From the human T2T-CHM13v2.0 reference genome, Homo sapiens: a stretch of 64,000 nucleotides of DNA. The notes under the pieces were generated by a model. The model was not told the origin of the DNA and made no database searches. It saw nothing but the letters and a program-made list of their open reading frames with translations. The translations under genes were made by a program, and so were the position numbers. Below, one piece after another: positions 1 to 14,403 of the stretch (position 1 is its first letter; each line of letters starts with the position of its first letter). The stretch lies in NCBI RefSeq assembly GCF_009914755.1, contig NC_060946.1; one strand, given 5' to 3'.

Positions 1-935
1 CCCAGGAACGGAAGGTGAGGGCTGTGCAGAGGGTGCTGAGAGTGGCAGCCATTGGGATTAGGAGGGATGGGTGGCCACTATCATTGGCGGGGGGCCTCCT
101 GAGGGTAGAAACAGGGGCTGCAGGCTCTCATGATGCCTGGTGTGAAAGTTCAGCTTGGCTGCTGTGTGGTGTGCACCAAGCAGTAGGGAGGAGGCGAGAG
201 GGGCATCTAAGGGCCTTCTAGGAGGCCATAGTCTCATGCAGGCATGGCATGGGCAGTAGTGAAAAATGTTGGAAGGGACAGGAAGGGGTTGAGGCTGAGT
301 CATGGGTCTGGCTGAGGCACTAGTGGATGTCACAGCCATCATGACTAGTGGATGTCACAGAGGCCATGCCAGGAGAGGGAAATAATTGATCTTTGGACAT
401 ATGAGTGTGCACCTGGAAGACAGCTGTGCTCTGGGCAGGTGTTCACTGGGGCTACATACACCCTGGGAATCAGAGGAGCAGAGGTGGGTGGAAGTTAAGG
501 CTGTGGATAAGCTGGGTGGAGGGAAGAGGAAAATGCAGCTGAGAAGGGTGGAGGAGGAGCACCTGACCGAGGTGCCCCAGGTCAGGGAGCAGGGCTACAG
601 GAAGTTCCACGCCCTGGCCCCACCACACCCCTCCCACACCACTCTCAAGCTCAAGCCATTAGTCTCAAACACTCCCTTCTTTTCTGTTGGCAGCCTTCGG
701 AAATGCAGTTTCTCTGGCCTGGTTTCTCAACCCATCCCTTTTTCTACCAGAAACCTCCTACACATCCCTGAAAGTCCTGTTCAGGTGCCACTCCTCTGTG
801 AAGCCCTTCCTGAGAACCTGCAGCCACCTTTGGCATCACATGCTTCTCTCTCGCACACACTGGCTGCATGGCGGGTGTTCAAGCTGTCAGTGGGGAAAGG
901 ACTTGCGCCCCCGTCAGCAACATCAGGGCCCCCAC

Positions 936-1086
936 CTGAGGTGGCTTCACGAAGTCGGCCACATCCCACAGCCGGTTTCCAAGCTCCTTGATCTGAGTCA
1001 CGGAAACCCCTTTGAGTTTGGTTGTGATGGAAATCTGGGGTTCCAGGTCCCGCTCCTGGTAGCCTTTTTTGGCGAGGAGCGCCCAC
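936..1086 (-). pseudogene. P2RX6P: P2X6 receptor duplicate, exon 2 (151 nt)
   Basis: Minus strand reads ccag|G TGG GCG... = (G)[50 protein letters not shown]|gtggg, a P2X6 post-TM1 ectodomain segment with AG/GT intact. The pseudogene name is inferred from differences against recalled P2RX6 and from adjacency to LRRC74B. Confidence 0.88.
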
Positions 1087-1670
1087 CTGGGAAGGAGAAG
1101 ATGGGCAGTGTGGTGTCCCCCCAGCGTGTAGTGACGGGGCAGAGCTGGGCCCTACATGCTCAGTTCTCTCCCCACACCCTACAGGCTCCCAGTCCAGCAT
1201 CCTCTCTGGCCCCACTTCCCACTGTAGACTCCCTGAACGAGACAGAAGCTCCAGCCATGCATCAGAGAGCCAGTGCCCTCAGACAATCACCTTCACTAGC
1301 CAGCACCCACCCCCAGCCTCAGTAGACCCAGCTCCGAGCTTATAGACTCCCCTGACCGGAGATATAGCTGGTGGTCTCTCTGGGGGCCTAGTGCTCCAGC
1401 TCTCACAGATGTTAAGGACAATGTCTTGTGCCCCCTGGGTGGGGCCGTGGGGAGGGACTGGGAAGCAGGCAGGTGGACACACAGGACAAACACACAGCTT
1501 GTTCTTGCTCTCCTGTCTTGTATTGCCTACCTCCCACCCCGTCCCATTATGGCCCCTTCCCCTCCAGCCCCTAAACAGCCCAACCCTCAACTTCAACCCA
1601 GCAGGACCAAGCCCCACCCCCGACCTCTTCCCTTGCCCCTCCAGCCTGGCCAAAAGCTCTTCTCTCTTAC

Positions 1671-1834
1671 CCTACCACATAGACCACGATCCCAAACTGC
1701 AGCAGCCTCTGCAGGGCGCCCCCCCACCAGTTCCTGGTCATCACATACTTCTCCGTTTTATAATCCAGAAGCCCCCAGTCTGCTGTGGCCCCTGGGGAGC
1801 CCATGCTGCCAGCTCCTGCTAGCTGCGGGCACAT
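1671..1834 (-). pseudogene. P2RX6P: P2X6 receptor duplicate, exon 1 coding part (164 nt)
   Basis: ATG at 1834-1832: MCPQLAGAGSMGSPGATADWGLLDYKTEKYVMTRNWWGGALQRLLQFGIVVYVV-GG|gtaaga. Contains the P2X YxTxK motif and TM1, and its phase matches exon 2. Confidence 0.88.
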
Positions 1835-1864
1835 GAGTCAGCATGGCAGCTGCAGCCGCAGCTG
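1834..1864. promoter_or_regulatory. P2RX6P proximal motifs: AP-1 site and paired E-boxes
   Basis: TGAGTCA at 1834-1840, CAGCTG at 1847-1852 and 1859-1864, immediately 5' of the minus-strand ATG. Motif match only. Confidence 0.35.
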
Positions 1865-2439
1865 AACAGGAGGCAAAGCAGGGCCCGAGCCAGGCCACGC
1901 CAGCCGCTGTTAAAGGGACACTTCCACTAAAGCAGGATCCAGCCTCCAACACCCAGCCTTCAGCCCCTAACCCCAGCTGCCCTGCACCTCCCACCCTCCC
2001 TACATTCTCTTTGCTGGGCCCTGGTGGCACACAGAAAACAGCAGCTCTGTCCCTGCCCTCTGGCCTCACTTCCTCCGGTGGGAGTGGACGTGGTGAGAGG
2101 ATGGGGAAGGACAGCTGTTATCAGTGCTGTGAGAAGACGGCCTGAGGGCAGCAACAGCCCCGGGGGGGCTCTGAGTAAAGCTTCAGGAATAAGTGACTTC
2201 TGAGCTGACGCTTGCAGATTCTGAAGTTCAACAAGCAGACAAAGATGGGGATGGAGGTTCCCAGGGGAGCGAACAGCGTATGCAAAGGCCAGCGCATGCA
2301 AGAGAACTGAGAGCCACAGAGTGAGAGGGTGACCTGGCTCTGCGAAGTTCCCCAGGCCCTCCTGAAAAGCCATTCCCAAGTGCAGTGAAGAAAACACAAG
2401 CTCTGGAGTCAGGCATGTTTCCCATTCCATGAAAGGGGG

Positions 2440-3060
2440 GCGATGCTGGAACCGCCTAGGGGAGGCAGGGGGATAAACGCAGCAAGGCGCCCAATCCGGT
2501 GCATGGTCTGTGGCGCATGCAGTGTATCAGCCCGGGCGAGGAGCCTCAGCACAAGCCGGCCACAGTTTCTACGGCAACCGACAACACCGGGTTGCCGGGG
2601 CGACCGCCGCGGGAGAGCGCGTCGCTATTGGCTGTGGGGGGTGCCTGTTGCTGGACGGCACATTCGGTTGGTCAGCGCAGCCGCAGACTCCGCCCACAAT
2701 CCCGGGCCGCGCTCTGGGCGCGGGGTCAAGCTGTCTCCGACTCAGTGTCTGAGACTGCGAGAGGGTCGTAACCATGAGGGGTTCCTGTGAGAGGTCTGGG
2801 GAGGATGAAGAGCAGAAAGAAGAGGCTATGGTGGCCTGTGGGCGTCTTTCAGGGGTCCCCGAGGCCGAGCAGGGTCCCGAGGCCAATTGGGACTCCGACC
2901 TGGAGACGGAAGGTGCTCGGGGGAGGGGGCAGGCCCGACTCCTCCCCTTTGGGGGTCTTCTCCCGCAGGGGTTGGGGGAGGCGGGCTGGGGCTAAGGCCA
3001 GCAGGGAACGTACCCGCCTGCGGGGCGCCTCCAGCCCCCTGCCTTCCCTTCATTGCTCCT
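2440..3060. promoter_or_regulatory. CpG-rich LRRC74B promoter/exon 1 with two RFX X-boxes, CCAAT boxes and a GC box
   Basis: High CpG density. GTTTCTACGGCAAC at 2565-2578 and GTTGCCGGGGCGAC at 2591-2604 (X-box GTTNCCNNGGNAAC-like); CCAAT 2491-2495; ATTGG 2627-2631; CCGCCC 2690-2695. Confidence 0.75.
2774..2912 (+). CDS. LRRC74B: Leucine-rich repeat-containing protein 74B, exon 1
   Basis: accATGa start; MRGSCERSGEDEEQKEEAMVACGRLSGVPEAEQGPEANWDSDLETE-G|gtgctc, phase 1. Confidence 0.9.
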
Positions 3061-3424
3061 GGAAGCATCAGGATAAAATGCAAAATCCCGCCAGACAGTG
3101 CACCAAGGGCTGTCCCACCCTGAAATGAAATCAGAGCCGGGTTTTCCCAATCCACAGGAAAAACTAAGCTAATGGATGTATGGAATTTAGAACTATCTCG
3201 GTTTTTTCTCCCGTAAAATGTTTACAAAACATTTGTGGCCTGCAATCCAGGTTAAAAGACACAGCATGCAATTTGGCATCAGACAGGCAGAGGCCTGACT
3301 CTGGCAGGATTAGCTACCACCACTAGCTGTGGGATGCTCAGCGCAGGCCAGCCATGACTTCTACTACAAACAACATTGGGTTGCTTGGGCTCATATTTAT
3401 TAATAAATAAATATATAAATAAAT

Positions 3425-3925
<501 letters not shown>

Positions 3926-4142
3926 CCAGCTTTCTTTTGATAGCCGTATGACTTTAAGGAAAAGATTTGCGTTGCCTGAGGCTTGATGTCCTCATCTGTC
4001 ATATGGGAGCAGTGGTCCCAAGAAGCACAGGAAGCAGTGCTTCTAGAGGCAAAACATAGGCCAGGTAGTGACACAGGGCAGGGGAGGACACAGGTGGCTG
4101 TAGCTGTGCAGGGTCCACATTCGTCCCCCTGTCTCCTGCCAG

Positions 4143-4285
4143 GCACCGATGGGCTTGGAGAACTGGTCAGGGACACACTGTACCTGAGGTCTTGCCGGGC
4201 CCATAGTGTTGTGCCCATCTCCTGCTTTCTGCGCCAAGGGAGCGCCCAAGAGCTGAACCTCCGGCACCGTGGCCTGGGGCCCCAG
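4143..4285 (+). CDS. LRRC74B: LRRC74B exon 2
   Basis: ccag|GC ACC...: GTDGLGELVRDTLYLRSCRAHSVVPISCFLRQGSAQELNLRHRGLGPQ|gtacca. Confidence 0.93.
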
Positions 4286-4670
4286 GTACCACTGGAGGGA
4301 CACTGTATCCAGGCTTACGGGGAGAGGCCTCGGGAGACAGCAGCCATGGGAGTGCCCCTGTGTCTGTCCCCTACACTCCCCAGCTTCTGCCTGTGTCAGT
4401 CATGCCCTACCCTCCACATCTGGGAGACAGATGGGATTGAGGCTGTGACAGGTGGCGTTAAGGGTTGTGGATCCTGCAGGCTCCTAACCCGCTGGGGGGT
4501 CAGGGAGAGCTGGGGGTGGGGGGAGACCTTCACAGAGCCTAAAAGGAGAAGCAGGTGTCACTTAAAACAGGTGGGAAGGGGAGGGCTTTCCAGCTGGAGG
4601 ATGTGGAGTGGGCTGAGCCCTGGAGCATGAGCCAGGATAGTGGCCAGTGTGTTTGCTCTGTCTGTCCCAG

Positions 4671-4803
4671 GGCGCCCGGGCTCTGGCTTCCTCATTGAGC
4701 TCCAATCCATATGTCAAGCGGCTGGACCTTCGAGACAATGGGCTCTGTGGGGCAGGTGCAGAGGCCCTGGCAGGTGCCCTGAGCAAAAGCAGCAGCATCC
4801 ATG
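4671..4803 (+). CDS. LRRC74B: LRRC74B exon 3
   Basis: cccag|GARALASSLSSNPYVKRLDLRDNGLCGAGAEALAGALSKSSSIH-G|gtaggt; RI-like LRR LxLxxNxL. Confidence 0.95.
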
Positions 4804-5149
4804 GTAGGTGCTGGGTCTGGGGCAGGTGGGCAGGCGTGTCCTCCTTTTCCTCAGGGATGTGCCTCCATCGTTGAAAGCTGGGCCGTGTCACCTGGGGCCT
4901 GCTGGTGTTGCTGGTGGATAGAAGAGGGGCCTCATCACAGGAGGGGGCATGTGGGGTGGAGTTAGACCCTCTGCTGTGCAGCCGATGCCTGATAGAAGTC
5001 CTTTCCTCACCCACCCCACACCATCACTCCCCTCCCTTGCTGGCCAGCATCCCCCTCTTCACCTAGCACATGGGAGACTCCCAGTACCTGAATGCAGGAT
5101 GGGAGAGTCCTTCCACACAGAGAGGTGGGAGTTGGGCATTGTAAGAAGC

Positions 5150-5380
5150 AGGTAGGCAATGTGGGAGTTTGATGGGGCTGGATCCAAATGCCAGTTCTGC
5201 CACTGAAGAGCTGGATACCTGGGCAAGCAGCTTAACCTCTCTGAGCTTCAGTTTCTGATCTGTGAAATGGCCCCCAAAATACCTTATGGGCTTGGGGCTG
5301 TGGTGAGCATGAAGTGAAATGCACTCCTGAAGTGGTCAGAAGAGTGTGTGACCCATGTACGTGCTCCATGCATGGCCACT
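5150..5380. mobile_element. MIR
   Basis: CTGGGCAAGCAGCTTAACCTCTCTGAGCTTCAGTTTCTGATCTGTGAAATG core. Other MIR cores near 14020, 51430, 54250 and 56550. Confidence 0.7.
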
Positions 5381-5737
5381 TGGGCTATTATTGCCAATCC
5401 TGGCAACGGGGCTGTGAGGGCTTCTGAAGTGGGTGGTGATATCACTGCCAGATGCAGCCATCGACGGTATAGCTGCCCCCCACCACAGCAGTCTCTACAG
5501 TACCAGGAGGTAGGCGGTTTTAACCACTTGACACAGAAGCTGGTGGGCACACAGGGAGGGGGAGGTCAGGGGCAGAGGGGACCCAGCCATTGGGAGCCAG
5601 AGCCACCATGCAACCCCAGGACAGTTAACCTGTAAGTCCCCTTCCTCAGCCTCAGACCTGGAGGTTTGGGGGATGGCAGAAGTAGGGGAGTGCCTGGCTT
5701 TGCATCCCACTGGCCGAGGAGTGGTTCTGTCCCCCAG

Positions 5738-5944
5738 ATGTGGACCTGTCGGAGAACCAGCTGGGAGTGGCAGGAGCCCAGGCCCTCTGTGCCGCCCTCA
5801 CAGTGAACCAGGCCATGCGGAAGATGCAGCTGTCAGGGAATGGCCTGGAGGAGCAGGCGGCCCAGCACCTTGCCGAACTCCTGCTGGCCCACACAGACCT
5901 GAAGTCCCTGGACCTGAGCTACAACCAGCTGAATGACCAAGCAG
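5738..5944 (+). CDS. LRRC74B: LRRC74B exon 4
   Basis: cccag|AT GTG...: DVDLSENQLGVAGAQALCAALTVNQAMRKMQLSGNGLEEQAAQHLAELLLAHTDLKSLDLSYNQLNDQA-G|gtaacg; 28-residue LRR periodicity. Confidence 0.95.
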
Positions 5945-6109
5945 GTAACGCCTGCGCAGGGCACCATGGCCATGAAAGCTCAGCTTCCTGGGGCAGGGAT
6001 GGGTGGGGGTTGGCAGGACCGCGCTGCACATCGCCAGGGAGCATGTGCTCTGGTTCCTGCTCCCCACACCCCACCTTGCCCCACTCCTCTTCCACTCCAG
6101 CCACACGGA

Positions 6110-6600
6110 ACTCTTCATTCCTTCCACAAATATCTCATTGCGCGCTGCTGTATGTGCTGGGCACTGATTTAGCCACCAGGGATCCACCTTGAACAAAACC
6201 AAGTTCCTGACCTCAAGGGACAATGTTAACAACATCATTCTGAGTAATTATTGGTGCTACAAAAGAAACAAATAGTTTATGATTCTAGAGAAGAACAGGG
6301 ACCCCCTACTTTAAAGAGGTGGCTGGGGAGGCCTCTGTGAGGTGACATTTAAGCTGAAATGTGCAGAATGGGAAGGAGTCAGCCATGGCAAGATCAGAGG
6401 GAGAGCATTTCAAGCAGAGGAATAGTGAGCATGCGGGCCTGTTTCCCAGACTGGCGGACAGCAGTGTGACTAGGCTAGGGAGCCAGGGAAGCGTGGCCAG
6501 GCTGTGTGGTGGAGAGGGCAGAGGGGGCTGCAGGGCTGTAGGCCGTGGCAAAAACGGTGAAGATTTTGTTTCAAGTGAGGTAGCGGATGTGATTGGGATT
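6110..6600. mobile_element. L2 fragment
   Basis: TTCATTCCTTCCACAAATATCTCATTG..TATGTGCTGGGCACTG; GAGGCCTCTGTGAGGTGACATTTAAGCTGA. Further L2-like sequence at about 1-620 and 8300-9000. Confidence 0.6.
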
Positions 6601-6669
6601 CCTTGATCTCATCACTGTCATGCCCCTGAGCATATTCAGGAGCTGTCTGCTTTGCCAGGAATTTGCACT

Positions 6670-7145
<476 letters not shown>

Positions 7146-7283
7146 CTCTGTCTCCAGCTGCTTAGAGCAAGTGGGGTGACATCAGCCTTGGCCTGTGAGA
7201 ATTGCCTCTGGCATATAACTGCCAGAGAACCAGTTTGCCTTCTAAGAAAATTATTGCAAGAAGTCAGTGAAATTAAGTGAGGT

Positions 7284-8245
<962 letters not shown>

Positions 8246-8571
8246 CACCTTCCTTTCTCTACCACCCCCATCTCCTCTCTACCACAGCTGTGCCAGCCCT
8301 GTTGCCTCTTGCCTAGCCTATGGCACCAGCCTTCCATCTGGTCCCCCAGCCTCTTGCCTCTGCCCCCACCCAGCCCAGTCTATCCTGGACACCTGCCACT
8401 TGCTGAAATGCTAATCCAGCCTCATCACTTCCTAAGGCCCTCCCTGACTCCTTGCCACTTGTATGTGCTGCCTAAGCCCCTTGGCTTGGCACACAAGGCC
8501 CCTCAGCATCTCTCAAGTGCCCATTACTCCTTCCTCACCTCACTGGCTTCCCCCTCCCCAGGCCCAGCTCC

Positions 8572-8709
8572 AAGCCTGCGTGCATTTCCACAGGTGCCTC
8601 TGCCATTTGCAGTTTCCTGTGTCTCCTCCCCACTGTGCATAAGCCTGTGTGCATTTCCACAGGTGCCCCTGCCATTTGCAGTTTCCTGTGTCTCCTCCCC
8701 ACTGTGCAT
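8572..8709. repeat. 69-bp tandem duplication (2 copies)
   Basis: 8572-8640 and 8641-8709 differ at two positions. Confidence 0.95.
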
Positions 8710-9025
8710 GCACACACCCCTGGGGAATTCCTCAGTCCTGAGTTATCTCCTCTGTCCTCTTTCCTGACTTCCCCCAAGACAGGCTGGCCACCACTCTGTT
8801 CTCACGCCTCCCCCTTTTAGTCTAAATGAATAGCTCACATCCCATACATTTGCATTTGTATCTCCCCCATGAAATGTGAGTTCCTTAAGGGCACCGCAGG
8901 CCCACATTAGTTTCATGTCTGTGACCCTCCTGCCCAGCAGAGGCTCGGCACGCAGTGGGCATCAGTGTGATCTTTTGAAGGAGTGAAGAGAGTGAGTCAG
9001 AAGGTCTCTCTTGGTGTTTCTGAAG

Positions 9026-9135
9026 GGGAGACACTTGGACCAGCCCTGGCAGAAAACACAGGACTCACCGAGCTTAACGTGAGCTGGAATCACCTCCGGG
9101 GCCCAGGAGCTGTGGCATTTGCCAGGGGACTGGAG
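9026..9135 (+). CDS. LRRC74B: LRRC74B exon 5
   Basis: tgaag|GG GAG...: GETLGPALAENTGLTELNVSWNHLRGPGAVAFARGLE|gtatga. Confidence 0.93.
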
Positions 9136-10136
9136 GTATGAAGCCCCCACCTAGTCGGCCCTACAGCCTGTCTGCTGGGGCCTGTCTCCCAGGGGCCACC
9201 TCCCTGTCTCTGCAGCTCCTCGGAAATGAACCTTGGATCTTTTAAGCACAGCTTAAAGACTGTTTCTTTAGGTGATTTTAATTTTCCTGGCTTCACTTAG
9301 TGACCACAATACACTGTGCTCACCGTCACATACTTTCCTGAAGGGTCACTGTTGAATATCTTGCACCTTCCCCAGACACCATAGACACCCAGCTGGGAAG
9401 GGACATCTGTGCAGTCTGGTGACACATGCTCACTGTTGGGCATACGCAGGTGGTTTCCTGAGATGACACCTTGCACCCTTGGATGCCAGCACAGCCTCTC
9501 AAACACCCACCTGTTCCCTTCCATGTTGTGGTTCATAGGGCTCGGGAATGGGTGGCTCAAGCTGGTGCTAGCGTGGTACAAGGTGTCTGCAATGTCCCCA
9601 GTGCCAGATACCCTGTGGGGCCCTCCTCAGGCCATGGCAGCTGCTGTCTTGCCCTGATGCAGGGGCTGACCTTGGGGTCCTGCCCCACAAGATGGCATGT
9701 CACACTCTGTCTTGCCAGAGCACCTACCCTTCTCCCCATCACAGTACGCTGGACAGGTTTCATCCAACAGCTGTTCACTGGATCTTGGGATCCCTGCCCT
9801 CTAGAGCCATTAAGTGGGTGTGGAGTCCGATCAATGTTTCTGGGGCCTGCTGCTGCTCTGCACACGCCCCTCCCAGTCTCTCTGAGGGCCATTCACGTCT
9901 ACACCGGTCCTTTCCTGTTGTGCTCTGGGCCACTGGGCTCTGTTGACCACCATCATCCAAGCTGCAGCCACCAGGGGGTCTGCATGGCACTTTCCTGACC
10001 CTTCCTTGGAGCCTCTCCCCTTCTGCCCTTTATCTCTTATCTTTGCACCTCAGGGCTCCTGGTCTCTGAGGCTGTGGCACCCTGGCTTGCTCCACTGTCA
10101 GATGGGGTCCCATGACTTCACTCTTTGGTATTCTAG

Positions 10137-10252
10137 GCAAACATCTTCCTTAAAGTTCTAGACATCTCATACAATGGCTTTGGGGATCCTGGAGCCTCTG
10201 CGGTGGGTGAGGCTCTGAAGGCCAACAACGTGTTGGAGGAACTCAACATGAG
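10137..10252 (+). CDS. LRRC74B: LRRC74B exon 6
   Basis: tctag|ANIFLKVLDISYNGFGDPGASAVGEALKANNVLEELNM-AG|gtgagg. Confidence 0.95.
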
Positions 10253-10344
10253 GTGAGGATCCCCGGGGGGACACCCCAGGAATCATGGGCTCCATGATCT
10301 TGCTGCTGAAGCACACAGTCTACCCGTGATGGGGATTCCCGTGA

Positions 10345-11070
<726 letters not shown>

Positions 11071-11874
11071 CGAGCCTAGTCTGGGTGGGGCAAGGCAGGA
11101 CCCTGACAAGTGGGCCCCAGTGCCTGTTTTGCTCAGCATGTGGCTACTGGAGCATGCCCTGTGTGAGGGGCTCCTCCAGGCCAGGCAGCGTCCCAGCCTA
11201 GCCAGGAGGCACAAGCCCAGAGGGAAGAAAAGAGGCGGATGCCAGGGAGGTCACGGGCCAGAGGCCAGGGAGGTCATGGGCTGCTGTGGCTGAGACCCTC
11301 CCCAGGGGCAGCTCCCTGTGGGCAAGAAGGCCCCACTCAATCCTGCCCAGCTTTCCTCCCCATGGGAGGAGCTAAGACTGGAGGCAGCCGCGGAGGCTGA
11401 ATACGGAGGTGCAGCCAGAGCTGGGGTCTGAGAAGTCAGAGAGAAGCGGGACTGACTCCGGAGACAAAGTGGTCCAGGGCGGTGCTGAGGACTGGAGTTT
11501 GGGAACGGCAGGAGGAGGAGAGGCCTTGAACATAAGCTAGGTGATTTTCTGGAACAGGCGTTGTAATGGTGATAGGCATGAGGTGTCAGCTGGGGCAGAA
11601 TATGTGGGAGCACTTGCAGAGCTCAGAGGAGCGGCAGCTGGTGTCCACCAGGACAGGGACGCTTTAGGTGTGTTTGCCGTGTGATTCCTCTGAACGGTGT
11701 CATCTCCACCTTTTACCTGTTGATCTGTCCAGGGTTCCTGGGGTGTGAGTGGAGGGAACAAGAGACCCAACCTGGTGGCTGCAATGGCAGCTCCAGTGGG
11801 CACCCTGGGGCAGTGGGCTCTGCACCGCTGCTTGGAAGGTTGCACAATGCATGTGCCTGTTGTTTTTGTTGCAG

Positions 11875-11953
11875 TAACAACCGCATCTCTGCGATGGGAG
11901 CCCTGAGCCTGGGCCTGGGCCTCCGGGTCAACCAGACGCTGAGGATTCTTGTA
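11875..11953 (+). CDS. LRRC74B: LRRC74B exon 7
   Basis: tgcag|T AAC...: (S)NNRISAMGALSLGLGLRVNQTLRILV|gtgagt. Confidence 0.93.
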
Positions 11954-12999
11954 GTGAGTGCTAGCCTGATGACTGAGACACCAGCACAGACCTGCCCTGT
12001 AACAGTCCACACAGATCCCTCCCCCACAGCCCCCACCCAGGGGCAGCAGGCAGGTGCACACAGGCTGGCTCACTCCCTTGCCACTCACCCTGAATCTGGG
12101 GCCTGGCCCTCCTCTTCTCCCCTTCATCCCTCCCAGCCTCTCTCCCACATCTTCTTGCTGCCCTTCCTCCTCTGTGGGCTGGGGTGCTGCTCTGCTGAAG
12201 GTGGCTGGGCACCCCTTGTGTCTCCCTCATCTTCTCCCCTGCCTTTCCTCTGGCCTTGCTGAGACCCAGGCCCCACCCAGGTGTTCTGTTGGCCACTGCT
12301 CAGGCCCACCTGAGGCCTGGTGTTCCCAGCTGGGGTTCCTTCCCCTGGGTTTGCAGGTGGGGAGGGAGTGCTGAGCAGGACAGGGAGCAGAAGACAGACA
12401 CAGGAGGGAGGCAAGCCGGGAGCAGGTCCCCAGGGGACCACTGTGCCCACAGCAGGTACGTGCTGGGGGACAGTATTGCCAGCTGGGTATGGACATCCAG
12501 CTCTGTCGGCCCTCAGCTCCCCACCCTAGCCTTACTGGGCTTCTCCCATAGCTCTCCTCCCCTGCTTCCTGCCTCACAGGAACCTGGACCTCTCTGAAGC
12601 ATAGACCTGCGTTTCGAGTCACCTCGTAGACAGTCCTCTAAATGTCCCAAAGACACGTGGGAATGTGAGAGTCCAACCTGAACGCATACCCCCCTCTAAG
12701 GGCCACCTCCTGGTGGGGGGCTCCTTCTTCCTTCTTCCCAAGTCACCAGCTGGGGCCCAGAGCCTGCCTGCCCCTCCCTTTTCCACACCCTCCCTCCCAC
12801 CTTCTGCAGGGGCTCACCCTGCTGACTCCTCCCTCTTCTGACTTCCTCTCTTAGCTTCTGTGAACTTGCGGGATTCCTGGCTGCGGTTCTTTCTTCCCAG
12901 CTGCTACCCAGGACCAGAAACATGCCCTGCTTTAAAACTGTTGGAGTTTTATCCCCTCTGGATAAACCCAAGCTTTGAGTGCATCATGTCATGCGGAGC

Positions 13000-13346
<347 letters not shown>

Positions 13347-13370
13347 TCAGTGCTCTCACCCCAAGCTTGG

Positions 13371-13372
<2 letters not shown>

Positions 13373-13416
<44 letters not shown>
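13373..13416. repeat. (CA)n microsatellite, about 22 units
   Basis: Pure CA run in LRRC74B intron 7. Confidence 0.97.
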
Positions 13417-13419
<3 letters not shown>

Positions 13420-13880
13420 TACTATTTTTCACCCCTGCCTTTGTTCCTCTGCTGTTCTTGCTGAAGTGTCCAGCTCCGGCCACCTCACCTGGGAAGCTCC
13501 GCTGAGCCCTGCCCAGATACACCTCCCCTCCCAGCCTTTCCCTCCCAGGGGAGCTGGTGCACACTCACTCACTGCGCTGATCACACCACATTTCATGATG
13601 CTTCCTTTCCCTCCCCTCTCCCCAGCAGGCAAGTTCTTAAAGGCAAGGGTGTGTCTTGTGTGTCTATATCAATCGGAGGCCTCTCCCTTCCTTTCTTCCC
13701 TGACCCAGCAGCCTCACCAGAGCATTCTGTCTGACTATCTGATGGAGACACCTTCTGAGCCGAAACAGTGTGGCCATAGTGGCTGTGTCCTCAGAGATGA
13801 GGAGCCCCTCCTTCCCTTTCACATTGCTCTCTGGCCTTCCCGGACCTGGCTTCTCGCAGCTTTGTGTGCGTGTTTCTCAG

Positions 13881-13976
13881 GTGTCCAGGAATCCCATGCG
13901 AAGTGAAGGCTGCTTTGGTCTCCTCAAGTCTGTCCAGGACAATCCAGCCTCTGCCCTGGAACTGCTGGATTTCTCA
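13881..13976 (+). CDS. LRRC74B: LRRC74B exon 8
   Basis: ctcag|VSRNPMRSEGCFGLLKSVQDNPASALELLDFS|gtaaga; phase 0 at both ends. Confidence 0.93.
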
Positions 13977-14403
13977 GTAAGAGCATTTTATAAACCTCGT
14001 TTCTGATCCTCCCAGCAGCCCTGTGAGGTATCATAATTTTAGAAGAAGAAAGTGAGGGTTACAGAAATCAAGAGCCCTGCCCAGCTACACAGCGTGGCAG
14101 AAGCAGAGTTGCAACGGGACTTGAATGCAGGCATGGGGCCACTCAGCTCTGCCCGCTCCAGACTGCTGGTTCCACGGGATCTCACCTGGGGCACCTGCCT
14201 GGGTTCTTCATTGGCTGAGAGAGGATAAGTGGAGGTCTGGGCATGATGCTCCCTATCCACTGAGGTTTCGATCTGCAGGCGCAGCACCTGCAAGGCTGCC
14301 CTCTGCCCCTCCCCTGACTGTCTGCAGGTGGACTGTGGTGCTGGAAGCTTCACTTGAGTGGCTGTGAGAGAGATTAGGATCCCTTTTCATTCAATTTTGC
14401 CAC

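Noticed and set aside
319-368. 25-bp-period duplication ACTAGTGGATGTCACAG
   Set aside because: Ordinary slippage duplication in L2-like DNA; not a CRISPR-like array.
386-2430. Several 100-210 aa overlapping ORFs
   Set aside because: Chance or antisense frames over P2RX6P in GC-rich DNA. The real P2X frame is not in the track.
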